Assembly: GCA_021613535.1 (NCBI GenBank)
Contig: CP075494.1
Location: 2,852,001-2,916,000 of the forward strand
Length of the DNA: 64,000 bases
Source of the DNA: Adineta vaga
Lineage: Eukaryota; Animalia; Rotifera
Direction of reading: 5' to 3'
In this document: piece after piece, positions 13,138 to 26,139 of the stretch
How positions within the stretch are numbered: position 1 is the first letter of the stretch
Layout of the letters: each line of letters begins with the position of its first letter
Notes under the pieces: generated by a model
Database searches by the model: none
What the model was told of the DNA's origin: nothing
The model's input: the letters and a program-made list of their open reading frames with translations, nothing else
Position numbers and translations under genes: made by a program

Positions 13138-13576
13138 TATAAACAATTTGTTTTCTAAAATAACCTATAATAATCCAAAAAATATATATTAAAAAACTAT
13201 TCAAAACATAAAAACAAATATTTAGCTATGCATATCTTTTTTTCCGATTTAACTCAAATATTGTAGAGGGTATTACAGTGTCATTATAAAAACTATTCTA
13301 ATATATATATCTGATAAAGCTACTTAGTTTTTTGCATATCAGCCAACGTGATCATGTGCCGTCTTTATTACTATTCATTGATATATAGGCTATACACTCT
13401 CTTTCTGGTTAATGACGGACTATGGGATCTGCGGGCGACATGGTCCTCATGATTAATGTCGAACGGTTATTTGTTGAAAATTCTTGAGAACAAAAATCTA
13501 CCAGAACTATACAAAAACTAGATACTAATCTCTCTGGTTGTTAACATATCTGTAGTCCCCTGATTTCCTAAGATAG

Positions 13577-14349
13577 CTCGTTAGTATAATCTTGAGAGAA
13601 TAACCAACTGTTTATCAGTAATATATTTTTGCGTATTCAATTCTTGCAACTGAATATTACAGAAAAAAAACACTTATGCATCCACAATGAATACTCTGCT
13701 TAACTGCTTCTCTTTACATTAATTAAATAGTTTGCGAAATGAAAGCACGTACTTTGTGACTACGAACGATAAAAGTAAAAGAATGCACTTTAGAGAAATA
13801 TGAAAAAAAAGGAATTATCGAAAAACATTGATTGGTTAGAGTTCTTTTCAACAAACCTATCTTTCATCCAATTGTTATCAACCATCCGTATCTCTAAATA
13901 CATTTAATTGATAATGGCATTTTCTTTTCACAGATAGTTTAATGAAAAGAAATTTTTTTTCTGCTACGCTGATTACTGTTACATAGGGGACGGAGAAATA
14001 CTTCCATGCTCATCAATTGTTGTAATTTATTCTGGAAATAGTAATGACAAAAATGAATCAGAAAAACTGTCTCAGTAACTAAAATAATTGCGTGTCACAA
14101 GCGAGATTTTCCTGATTCATCTTTGTCATTACCATTTCTAGAATAAATTACAACTATTGACGAGCATGGAAGTATTTCTCTATCACCTATGCAACAGTAA
14201 TCAGCGTAGCAGAAAAGTAGAGTATACAGAAGATTCATTATGAATACATAAGTATTCTTTTTTCTGTAATATTCAGTTGAAAGAATTGAATAAGCAAAAA
14301 TTTATTACTGATAAAAAGTTGGTTATTCTCTCAAGATTATACTAACGAG
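13577..14349. mobile_element. ~770 bp fold-back element with long inverted arms
   Basis: 13577-13710 pairs with 14220-14349 (CTCGTTAGTATAATCTTGAGAGAATAACCAAC / GTTGGTTATTCTCTCAAGATTATACTAACGAG); 13957-14070 pairs with 14104-14216; unpaired ~245 bp in the left arm. Confidence 0.8.
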
Positions 14350-14763
14350 TGTCCCAGAAAGAATGGGCCTCTCAGTGCTTTATCAATGTCTCAGTCAACT
14401 TTTATCGTTCAGAATTGATTTTTTCCAAAAAATTCTTCGTTCAAGTCTGTACAAAGCGTTTTAGTGTAAAAACTACCCTTGATATATTCTAGACTGAAAA
14501 TTTTCAGAGAGAAAAGGGACATATTTTGTAACAGAAGTTTCTAAGAAATAAATTCCTTTTTTTCTCTAATTGGATAGATACTTGGTCATGTTCATCTCAG
14601 TTTGTCAATGTTTTCAAGTATTCTGTCAAAAATCTGTGCTTGACATTTTCATTTGGAAATATAAAATGTATATGAGACATTTGTGTAGGTCGACGGACAC
14701 GCAAAATGGAGTTGAACAATGTTTATGATATGTGCACAATCCAGACCGAATTCACTAGTTTGA

Positions 14764-14823
14764 ATCTTGAGGGTGTAGGTGTCTTTATAATCGTCGATTA
14801 CACTCACATAAATTCCTCAAGAT
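14764..14823. repeat. Telomere-like inverted element
   Basis: ATCTTGAGGGTGTAGGTGT...ACACTCACATAAATTCCTCAAGAT. Confidence 0.8.
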
Positions 14824-15064
14824 TTATATTGTTTTTATAAATGAGAAGAAAACTTTGTTTTCGGCCAGATTCTTTCTTTGTCAATTTATTTTACTACTTG
14901 TGTACGGTTAGAATTCTAATCTTGAAAAAAAACAATTTAAAAAAGTCGCACATGCTTCTGTGGTAAAGCAAAAGGAAAAAACCAACACAACGTCATCTAT
15001 TTGTTTAAATGTCTATAAAAACATGAATGGATTTTTTTTTCTTCACAACAAATTTGTCGATATA

Positions 15065-16790
15065 ATGACAAGTGACGAAGAAGACTATGTATATGACATT
15101 TTTTTTGTTATCGATTTTCTTTCTGACAAAGTGATTTGTTTTCATAGGATAATGATGTGGAAATTAGTGATGATGATAATTGTGAAGATGATAAGATTCT
15201 TAGTCATCTTCCACCTTGTAAGTTATCTTAAATATATTTATTTATTTACTACAGTTTTATTTCAAGTTCCTGACGAAAATACCAATGAGAATATGGGTAA
15301 AGAATTGTTTAGTATATGTTTTCAACGACGTTATTATGAATGTCCATCATTTTATTCTGGTTTTCTTGCCGAAGCATTTCATATAGCTTTTAATTCATTC
15401 GATATTCATGAAGTTTGTTTAGAATTTTTCGTTATTTTTTTAATAAATATTTCATATGACATCGATTATTTATTTATTATATAGCGTCTTCCCCTTCTCG
15501 TTTATATTCATAATGACACAAGTTTATTCACAAATCCATTCTGTTCAAATACATTTTGTACATCGCATATTATCGAATATTTATTTGAAAACTATCTTAT
15601 TTGGCCATGGGATATTACATTAGAAACTAATAAAACTAGGTAAATGATTTCCTATAGGATATTTAATTCTATAATGAAATATTTCAATGTAGATTGATAC
15701 AAATTTGGATGGATATATTTTCTACAAATCCATTTCAAAATCTTTCCATCGAACAATATCCTATTCTTATTGGTATTACACGTTCATTTATCGGAGAACA
15801 AAATAGTTCATTAACATCTGAATATAATTTCAAAATATTACTTCAAGATAATCAATTACTACGTTTTCAACAATCATTATCTCGTGAAACATTATTAGAT
15901 GAATTAAAAATATTTAAAAAAGAATTCAATCAAAATGAAAGAATTTTAGTATGTTATAATTATTTTCTAATATTCTTGTTTTTATTCATTTCTTTATATA
16001 GTCGAATTGGAATAATTTTAGAATATTTGAACAATATCCAGATATTATTGATGAAATAATAAAATATTTACCTTTAAATGATATAATTAATGTATTTACT
16101 CCACAAATTCTGCATAAACTTTACAAAGATCAAGTAAAAGTACATGTACATCATCATCCTAATAATGAAGTTTTGAATAATTTGATTCGAAAACTTCATC
16201 CGGAACAAATCATTTCTTTAGATCTTCAATATCTTTCAACTTACTCAAAAATTCCATTCATTTCTTTATCGATGTATGCTGAACTTATTTCTTTAACTCT
16301 GATGAATTGTCAAAATATAAATCATATTATTGGATTACCTATGAATTTTCCAAACCTACGTCGTCTTTCTCTCAAATATGATTATAGCATTTGTCTTAGG
16401 TCAGTTCAACGACTATGGAATTCTTCTTTAGAATTAATTAATCGACTAGAAATTTCTTGTGCAGACTTATTTGATGATGGTGAGACATATGCACCGGAGT
16501 ATTCAACAAATAATTCAATTCAATATTTTTTACTCGATGTCAAACGTCATTCATTGAACTTATCATATTCTATAAAATTAACAATTGATTTTATCAAAAA
16601 CATGTTTAATCTTCGATATTTTTGGATTATAACGCAGAAAAATAATCAGAATAATATTTCTGATTTTTCTTTATGGATAAATTTGATACAAGAATGTCCT
16701 CAATTGAGAAAAGGTACGGTGTTTCAAGTTGATGGTTCATCGGAGAATAAACAAAAGAAAGTATTGGAAATTAAAAGATCAAATCAATAA
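15065..16790 (+). CDS. UAS (FAF1-type thioredoxin-like) domain + F-box + LRR-like protein, multi-exon
   Basis: FQRRYYECPSFYSGFLAEAFHIAF-RLPLLVYIHNDTSLFTNPFCSNTFCTSHIIEYLFENYLIWPWDIT matches the UAS pattern, followed by FEQYPDIIDEIIKYLPLNDIINVF (F-box) and FPNLRRLSL repeats; ~50-nt introns. Confidence 0.7.
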
Positions 16791-17007
16791 CACCGATGTT
16801 AACTATTATTATGGTTTAATACTAACAGAACATTCTCTTCAACTCTTTTATGGTTTGTCCTTTTGTTGATATAAAAAAAAAGAAACATTATTTTTCTCTT
16901 GTTCTTGCACGATAGATGCGTTTTATTTGACTGAGAGTAAAAAATACGACGAAAAGTTTAGGAGTACCACATTTGTCTCCGTCTGTAGTCGTTCCTTTTC
17001 CTATTTC

Positions 17008-17068
17008 ATCTTGAGGGTGTGGGTGAGGATTCGTTCAAGTCAGTATCTCTATCTATCCACACCCTCAA
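17008..17068. repeat. Telomere-like inverted element
   Basis: ATCTTGAGGGTGTGGGTGAGG...ATCCACACCCTCAA. Confidence 0.82.
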
Positions 17069-18011
17069 ACGAATATTCTATTTCTTGAAAATATGAATTG
17101 TGATTTATGTTTTGTGTTCGCCAACAGTCGATTTTTCGAATACAATTTCAGCTATGAAACTTACATATAAAATTGAAGCTATCTTTTGGTCGATTCAGAT
17201 AAAGTACCTGATAAAAACCAGATCATTTCATGAATGTTTTGGTTGTTGCATGTCATCGAGTTCCTTCTCACGATATAATTATCTGTTTTCAAACAGGCAT
17301 TGTATTCATGTCATTTTCTTCTCCTTAATTATCGTTTCTTTCAATACGTAAAATAAATGAAATAAAATGTAATTTGAAGTTACGCATTTACTTAAAGCAT
17401 AATCATCTTCCTATTATCTGAACTATCTGATCAGTTTGTTCTCTAGATTGAAAAGATAATGTCTAAAAACGAAAATTCAATTTAATTTTGTCGATAACAC
17501 GGTATAAAGTGACTACTTCTTTAGTGGAACTTGCATATTTTTTCAAAGAAAGGGATCCTGTTACTAACTCACTATTAGCGTAAATGAACCGTATGAATTA
17601 CACATTTTAGTTCCAATAGAGCTATACTGAACACCTTGGATCAGCTGTCGTTTATATCTAAGTAGGACTATATTCTCATGTATTTTGTGGCATTCTAGGG
17701 CCGAGTGAATCGACTTACGATAAGCGATACTTTGTTGATTATAGTCTATTCAATCATTTGTTTCATATTCAAAGCAATGTTTAAGACTAGATGTCAATTG
17801 TAATATAAATACGTCATTGTCACAGCATGCTTATACAATATACTCATAAAAATGCAAAGAGAATTGAAAGTTAATTCTAGCGTAAATATAAAGGATATAA
17901 TCCAACCAACATTTATTTAGATTATTCAAAAAAATAAATAGAGCGAATTAAGAATGTACAGATAAGTATATATTGCATTTACTGTTACTTATTCATTTTA
18001 TCATCTTAACC

Positions 18012-18983
18012 ATGTCTTCACCATTTGCAGTCAGCTCGCTTACATCGTCTTTACTACAAACACAAAGATATCTATTTCAATATGGTGGACCAATTATTTT
18101 AGCTTTAGGTTCTATCAGTTGTATACTTTGTTCGATCATATTCAATAAAAAAACACTTCGCAAAAATCCATGTTCAATCTATATGATAGCATTTCAAATT
18201 TTTAATTTTACATATATTATTACAATTATATTACCATCTGTCTTATCTTACGGTTATAACATGTCATATATTGCAAATACATTACATCTTTGTCGATTTT
18301 CTATGTATATGACATACGTGTTAGATGTTCTAAGTCCTAGTTGTTTAATTTTGGCATCAATCGATCGAATTTTAGTTACATCACAAAATGCTTTAACAAG
18401 GCAACGAAGTACTTGTCGTCTCGCTTATATTAGTATTATTTGTGTTACATTAGTATGGTTCTTACTTCATATTCATACATTAATCTTCATGTCTGTTATT
18501 AGATTTGGATTCAATTTTGCACTTTGTTTTTCTTCATCTTTTACATATCTTACCGTTATAAATTATTATACATTGGTCAAAAGTATCATTATTCCATCAG
18601 TTTTGACAGGTTTAGGTGTTTTTGCAATAAGAAATGTTCGAAAATTAAATTCTAATAGAATTGCTCCTGAATCATCTGGAACAGTCTCTGGAAATCATCG
18701 CAATTTCCAATCAGTTCATGCGAAAGATCGTCAACTAATTCGTATTATTTTGATTGATATTAGCATTTTTGTTTTATGTACGTATCCATTAACAGCATCG
18801 AGATTATATCAACAAATTACTCAATATGATATGAAAAGTTATGATCAAACACTAGCAAATTTTTCAATTCAATACATATGTATATTTTTTAGTTATATAC
18901 CATATTGTATTGGATTATACAGTAAATTCATCGTATTAAAAACATTTCGAAAAGAAGCAAAGAACATGTTCTTATGTAAATAG
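18012..18983 (+). CDS. Rhodopsin-like GPCR, intronless
   Basis: LRKNPCSIY, LASIDR, KDRQLIRI, KTFRKE motifs; 7 hydrophobic segments. Confidence 0.9.
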   Translation: MSSPFAVSSLTSSLLQTQRYLFQYGGPIILALGSISCILCSIIFNKKTLRKNPCSIYMIAFQIFNFTYIITIILPSVLSYGYNMSYIANTLHLCRFSMYMTYVLDVLSPSCLILASIDRILVTSQNALTRQRSTCRLAYISIICVTLVWFLLHIHTLIFMSVIRFGFNFALCFSSSFTYLTVINYYTLVKSIIIPSVLTGLGVFAIRNVRKLNSNRIAPESSGTVSGNHRNFQSVHAKDRQLIRIILIDISIFVLCTYPLTASRLYQQITQYDMKSYDQTLANFSIQYICIFFSYIPYCIGLYSKFIVLKTFRKEAKNMFLCK

Positions 18984-19239
18984 TTATTTAAAACTACTTT
19001 TTAACTCTATATGTTGACCAAGCTTTTCGTCAGTAAAATATATATATATATATATTATTCTTTTTCGTCCAAGAATGAAATTTCATTTCAAATTTTTTGT
19101 TGTTTGTTTTGCTAAATATATTATATCAAACTGAACCATTAATAATTTATTGTAATATATCAATTAACAAGAATATGATGTGAGATACTAAATATTTTTC
19201 CTTTTAGTCATACGATACACTTTCATCATCATCATTGAC

Positions 19240-20350
19240 AAATGCATATCCAGCAACTAAAAAGAAGGGCGTGTGTGGGTTAAATTGAAACGCCGCTCTC
19301 ATCCACACTCAATTTCTGTTGTTAACGATGCTGATTGTCTTCACGATATTTTTCTCTTCTTGTTCAAAATGGCGTTGGCAACGGCAAATCATTAGTCCGG
19401 TATCTGATGCATCAACGCATTCGAAAAGAAATTAGCAAGATACGCAGAAAATGGCGAGGAATTTAATATTTATTTGTATTACAATAGAATGATGATGGAT
19501 GTTATTTGTAACAAGTTTGAGAAAAATTAGGTTTAGAATCGATACTGATATGCAAAATAATCCAAATAATATTTATTTCCATAAAGTTTCACAATTCTCA
19601 ATGCACGAGTGCGACTGATACGAATATTTGATGTGGATTTGCTCAATTAGTATCTGCAATTGAGATTGTTCAAGGTCGGTTATTTTCTTCTCCGAATAAA
19701 ATATTAACATTTATCAATACTCGACTTTTGCCTTTAATATCATCAACCACACAATTGCAGATCAGTGACGAAGAACACCTATTTTACGAGCTGATCCACT
19801 GAATCTTATGTTAGCAGCATATGAAACCACATCAACATCGTTGCAATATGCAACTTATGAACTTGTGAGACATTCCAATATAATAATGATGAGGAGGAGG
19901 AAATAAGGAAATATCCTGATTATGACATTGTCTCACAAATGTCTTATATAGATATGATTGTTGCAGAAGTCTTGAGAATGCATCCTATCGCCAATTGACG
20001 TATTCAATGACGATAGCTATGGAAAACACTGTTGTATAAGGAATTACAATTGAGAAAGGTTTTTTAATATATGCTGATGTATATTCAGTACATTATGATT
20101 CGGAAATATGGGAAGCGCAAGATCTATATGTATTTTGTTCTGAGCTTGATCAAATAAAACGTCATCCTACTGCATACTTGCTATTTCGAACTGGTCCACG
20201 ACAATGTGTTATAGTATGAGATTTGCGCTGATTGTAATGAAGGTTTTACTAACAAGGTCACTTCGACAATATACGATACTATGTCTGGTGAACATATGAA
20301 AAGTAGCTTTATTATTCGTGATCGAACAGTTATTACACCAGAAGAAATCT
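19240..20350 (+). pseudogene. Cytochrome P450 (CYP3-clan-like) pseudogene
   Basis: Fragments in CYP order with stops and frameshifts: KWRWQRQIISP (~19367), AAYETTSTSL (I-helix, ~19815), AEVLRMHP (ExxR, ~19963), HYDSEIW, HPTAYLLFRTGPRQCV (heme loop, ~20163-20210). Confidence 0.8.
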
Positions 20351-20990
20351 TTGGTTTCTAGTTTTTTGTTTTGAATAGAAAGCTAAATTGATGTTTCTTC
20401 GACGATTGTCGAAAGTTTTCTTATTGATACAAATTTTGCATCGAAATCAGCAAATCGTATGAGATTATTTTGAGATTGATACCTACACCCTGCTCTAATA
20501 TTTTTCTATTTTTGTATATATGTGAACAATTCGGAAAAGTTACCAATCATTTTGAAATGCAGCCGACAAAACTAAAAATAAGTAATTCATTAAAGTTCGA
20601 CTTCAACAATAGCGAGTCAACATTGTTACTTATTCTATCTATTATAATAAATTTTGATTCGCTATTTCCATGCATAAATATTTGTCTCTGGTTGCATTGT
20701 TTTACATATGATTCTAAGATTGTAAACCAAAACTATACTCACTACAGTTTTCAATAATAACAAAGATAAGATCAATATGTAACTCCATTAAATATTTGTC
20801 GCTATAATATTAACCTCTACAGTATAGATACTTTCAAGATACTTGATAAATTTTATGATATTTGTTCCATTTACATACACGAGGAGAACGAAAGAAATAT
20901 TTAAGAGCTTTCTTCTAAATATGATTGTTCTTCAATCACGGAAACAAACATATCTATATACATCATACTTTTTTCAACCTTACGAGTAGG

Positions 20991-21044
20991 CTTGAGCCTG
21001 AGGATGTTATTATAGTATTATACTCACACCCACACCCTCAAGAT
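20991..21044. repeat. Telomere-like inverted element, left arm decayed
   Basis: CTTGAGCCTGAGG...ACTCACACCCACACCCTCAAGAT. Confidence 0.7.
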
Positions 21045-21455
21045 GGATATTATCCACTTAAATAACCATAGTGACTCAATTTTAAAGAAATAGCAAAAAC
21101 AGTTTTCTCTTAGGAAGTGATGTCATTGACATCTATAACAAAGTTTTTCCTACATTATATTTTTCATGAAAACAGAAAAATGAGTAAGAAACGTGAATAC
21201 AAACAGAACAAGAGATATATCACACAACCGAAGAACATGACAAAATGTAACTAATGATTTTGAAGTTCTCATTTATAATTGTACCTAAAAACAGATTTTA
21301 CCTACACACCAAGAACAAATATAGCATATCAAAACTTGTTTTCCACCAATTTCAGCAGACAATATAAAGGAAAAATAAAAACTTCTATTTCATCTTGACA
21401 AATCGATCGAACAAGATTCTAATGTGATTAATTCATTTGATTTTCTCCTCCAAAC

Positions 21456-22602
21456 ATGAGTAGTACAAGTTCCATACCACCTGATTATCAAAATGCCAAT
21501 CCGTTGCTTTACACATTTCGGGATTATCATACAGGAATTCAACCATATTTTATTTTACCAATACAATTTCTAATTTTTGATCTTTCATTACGTTTTTGGG
21601 ATAAAGCTATTTATGATACCTGGTTGTTACCAAGTGAATTTATTGAAATTAGACGAGATGAAGGTGTTGAAATGCCACCACCAAGACCGCCACCACCACC
21701 ACCATCACCAATACGACCACAGCTACCACGACGACTACAACAAACACAACGACGAATACGATTAATATTTGTCCCACGACACCAAAATGTTTTTAGTCTT
21801 TCAACACTTTTGTTCGCTCAAGACTATAAAAAACTTTCAATACAAACAAAAAAAACGAAACATATTCCAATATTTGATTTATATGATCTTCTGTTTTCTG
21901 TTGTACCGTTAGTTGCTCATGCTATTTGGTATTGTGTTATTCAATCTAATTGTATGTCGGGTGAAAATGCAACCCCATGGAATTGTTATAATCTTTTTGG
22001 TTATCGAATCTATAATTATATATTCAGTCCGTTTGTTAGTTTTAGTTTTAATTTTTTTTCAAAATTAATTTTAGCGATACAAAAACGAAGGCAAAGAATT
22101 TCTTTATTTGAAAGAAAACAGAAATGGAGAAGAATTGCAGTTATGATTATATTCTTTACAACTCTTATTTCTTCAATATTGACATTCCTTTTTGTTGGAG
22201 CATTAGTTCTTCCGTTTTTCTTTACAAATGCTTTACCAATGGTTATTATTTATGCATTTATGGTGATGACCTATGCATATATTCTCACAGTTATCAACCT
22301 TTTCCTAAAATTCTATACAACTGTCAGAGGAAGAGCATTTTCTCTCGAGGATGAAAATCTTAATTTCATTAAAAGACAAATGAAAAAACTTCACAATCAT
22401 CGGCAATTAGTTATGCAAGCTGGTATTCGATTATTTCCACTTTTACTCTCGATTTTATTCAATTTATCACAATTTTTTTTATTTTGGATCAGATTATTTG
22501 GGAGCGATTAGTCGCGAAGCGGAAAAAAGAGATCCGACTGCATATTTTGGTCGAGCGCAAAATTCATCGCAAATTGGTCATACAGTTTTAAGTTCAGTAT
22601 AA
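21456..22602 (+). CDS. Multi-pass membrane protein of unknown function with a poly-Pro loop
   Basis: 351-aa ORF with several TM-like segments. A 1-bp shift in the T run at ~22475 would extend it (YFGSDYLGAISRE...LSSV) to a stop at 22600-22602. Confidence 0.65.
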
Positions 22603-22667
22603 AAAGTTACTTCCATTCAAGACTGTTCTTTCGTATTTTTTTGTTTCAAATATCTTTGAATCAATCG

Positions 22668-22722
22668 TTGAGGGTAAGGGTGTGTGTGGATAAACAATAA
22701 AAATCTTCAACCACACCGTAAA
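22668..22722. repeat. Telomere-like inverted element
   Basis: TTGAGGGTAAGGGTGTGTGTGG...CCACACCGTAA. Confidence 0.6.
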
Positions 22723-24944
22723 GGTGGAAGTATGTTGTCAACAACTGATTTGCTTTATTTCGTATATGCAAGATTATTTTTCTTGTATTGTCAATGGTAT
22801 ATTCCTTTTCTTTTTACATCACTTAACTTATTACTCAATCGTGTAATCACTGCGTTAAAAGACGGAGATATCCAAGTTTGTTCAAACATTCAAAATAGTT
22901 AACATTTGTGAAATAGATACAAATTGCGTGAATATTTAATGATAATATGAAATGAAATTTGTCATCGTCGGTCATTATATAGTCTCACCCACACCCGGTA
23001 CAGAATCACATATATATTTCGGGCAATGACATTCATATCTAAAAAAGATAGGCTACAGATAATAATAGAGAGAGATAAGCGCCAATCACATGAATCTAAC
23101 ATAACTTACTTATATTACACTATAGTATGGATTACAAAGTGATTCTGTTATTCTTTGAAACATTCACATGTATTTGAAGTAATCGTTTTAAGCTTAATTG
23201 TGTCATGCAATAGAAAAAAAAAACTTGATATATTTTATAAATTATGTATAGTCTAGTTGTGCATCTATGAAGATCGATAACGATTATACACAGAAACTTT
23301 TTACATTTTGATCAAATCACTTAGCGCTCAAATTGAAGCATTACGAGTATGTTTCTGGTTTATATTTTATTTTTTATCTATGTAAACTTGTATTTATACA
23401 TTCTCACCAACAAAATGATTATTGATAAAATCAATATAGAGATAGCAAAATGACGCGAGAAAACAATATCATATAGCATTGACTTAAGCAGCAGAATTTT
23501 AACTTTGTTTCTCTTCTACATTGAGACTATACCATAGTTATCATCGTATTTTTATTACAAAAAATATTTTGATTAAGATAAAATATCGTGCGAATTACAA
23601 TCAAATTGAGTCAAATACGAGTGATGATATCAAGACAACTTTTGTTTTTAGTTTTTGCATGTACTGAAAAATTCGAACAAATTCTTATGTATTTATTTAC
23701 AGTAGACAAAAGAAACATACTGTTCATTATCGGAATATACCATTTGATTGTTTAGAGCGACTAATTTCCTCACAAAATTTTATTGTCTTTTATGTGAAGT
23801 TAGCAGTTGATGTTCTTTCAATTTCTATTGTTTATCATCTTGAATTTCAAAACAATATCTTTCTTCTCATTGTATATGATTATTCACAATAGTTATAAGT
23901 ACTATGTGCTTGTCAATCATTTATTTTTCTTACATTTGAATTTCAATATTTATTTCCGAGAAATTATCTACAATCCAAAATTTTTGTTCTTATTATACAA
24001 TAAAAAAAATACGTCATCATCTATCTTATTTAAACAACGAACAAAGTTCGTTTGGAAAAAGATGAATCGAAAAAAATGAGAACTTAAATAAAAACTTTCT
24101 TGCTGAAGAATTACTAAAACAAAATACAATCTTGAAATTTTAAATAAATTATACAGCAAGGATGATCCGCTAAACAAATTTCAATTCAAGCTGGAAAAGA
24201 ATTATTTTGAACAAGATGGGCAGATTTCTTCTCAGATTGAATGAATATAATTTAGATGATCATTCATGGTTAAAACGACCCAAAAATTGACCAAAAACAC
24301 TATTTTAAGAATAAGACTTGTCAACACTTATTTATTTCTTTTTTCACTTAGATTTTCTTACGTCTTGTATTACCTTTTCTATATTTAAATGTTTACATTC
24401 AAACCAATCTTTAAATTGAGAAACAGATGTCGCATGAAAATGTGAATTCAAATATTTTCTTCAGACAAAGGAAAGAATAAAATTGAATTGATATTCTAAT
24501 AAATGATAATAGGTTGAGCCATACAACATGACTGACAACCAGTTTCTTCTTCATTAATATATTGACGATTAACTCGTTCGTATCCTATTTCGTTTGACAA
24601 TGAATTTCATTTCAATCAGAGAATTTGATTCAACCGAATAGATGAGAAAAGTAAAACAAGCAGTGTAGCTTAAATAGTTACATTCATCATATTTTCGTTA
24701 TTTGAGATATATGTTTAAAATTCATATATAAAACGAAAATAAGATAAAAAAAATTGAGTTGAATTTTAAATCAATACAAAGATATTTTTTTCACATTTTC
24801 TTTTTTTTCCTTTCTATTGATGACGTCAGATTTTCATTAATGAGTTTTTGTTAATTAATCAAATTGAAAAAAATTCTTTTATTTTCTTTTCTTATAAAAA
24901 AAATTCTGTATCAAAAATATCTTTAAATCATGAATAAAAAAAAG

Positions 24945-25016
24945 TGCCTCCACGCAGGATCGAACTGCGGACCTCCAGTTTACTAGACTGGCGCTCTACC
25001 ACTGAGCCATAGAGGC
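24945..25016 (-). tRNA. tRNA-Thr(AGT)
   Basis: GCCTCTATGGCTCAGTGGTAGAGCGCCAGTCTAGTAAACTGGAGGTCCGCAGTTCGATCCTGCGTGGAGGCA: 72-nt cloverleaf, anticodon AGT, A and B boxes, downstream T8 Pol III terminator. Confidence 0.96.
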
Positions 25017-25406
25017 ATGTTATACTTCATTCTTTTTCTTCTATTTCAGTGGAATTGATATCAAATCAAATATCTATTGATAACGAAAGTAACAGTTGGA
25101 TGCGAACAGATGTGAAACGATTCTTTATTTGAAACACAATGAATCATTTATAATGAAACTATTTTTTTATGCTTAATTGAATAAAACAATTTCATAGATT
25201 TAATATCAATATAACTAAATAAAATGACGTCTTTGAATTTTTTGTGAAATCTAAGGAAAAAAAAAGATATTTTGTCTTCAACCATCTATTTTTCATGTAC
25301 ATGATTCATAGAACATGACTTTGGTTATTAGTTCTTTTTTATTCATTGAAATAGATGTGTAATTACAAGTTTATTTGAATATTTGATAGAAAGAAGAAGA
25401 AGAAGA

Positions 25407-25844
25407 ATGTCTCGTACTTCTGTCAAGAAATCTGAAAGCAATAAAAAACATCCAGTTGATCGTCGTGGAGCAATTCGAAGAATTGAAAATGAAATTGTTG
25501 AAGAAGGTAGAGAAATTGAATATGGACTACGTGGACGACGTGCACCTATTGGCAGATATAATGGTGGATATGGCTATCAACAACCTCCAATAAATGTTTT
25601 TGTTCAATGGACACCAGAATTCGGTATGGCTTATCAACAATTTGTTAATGGTGGTATGGGTGGATATCCTAGAGGGGGAATGGGAGGTTATCCAATGGGC
25701 GGTATGGGTGGTTATCCAATGGGAGGTATGGGTGGATATCCTATGGGAGGTATGGGTGGGTATCCTATGGGTGGTGGTGGTGTTGGTGGTTATGGAGGAG
25801 GAATACAAGGAGTTCCTATTGGATTTGGTGTAACAACAAGTTAA
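25407..25844 (+). CDS. Small Gly/Met/Tyr-rich low-complexity protein with (GGMGGYPM)-like heptad repeats
   Basis: 145-aa ORF with five 21-bp repeats showing synonymous variation (GGMGGYP[R/M]). Confidence 0.7.
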   Translation: MSRTSVKKSESNKKHPVDRRGAIRRIENEIVEEGREIEYGLRGRRAPIGRYNGGYGYQQPPINVFVQWTPEFGMAYQQFVNGGMGGYPRGGMGGYPMGGMGGYPMGGMGGYPMGGMGGYPMGGGGVGGYGGGIQGVPIGFGVTTS

Positions 25845-26139
25845 ACAAGTTATATAATTGTCATGTTTGAAGTAAAGAAGAAAATATATAATAATCAATA
25901 TTTATTGATTGACTAACAAGGAAATATATTTTCGAATGATTACCTATGCATAACTATTGATATTTCTATCCAGACACATTGGAGTATCGAATAACATACG
26001 ATGAGATTTTACTGTTATTTGTCTGTTAGAAGAAAAACAAGTTTGTAACGCGTGATGTGAGTGAAATGAAAGAAAAAAGAGTTAATATCATTTTACAAAA
26101 TCTTAAGAATCAGTAAGTCAGTTGTCACATAAATTTAAA

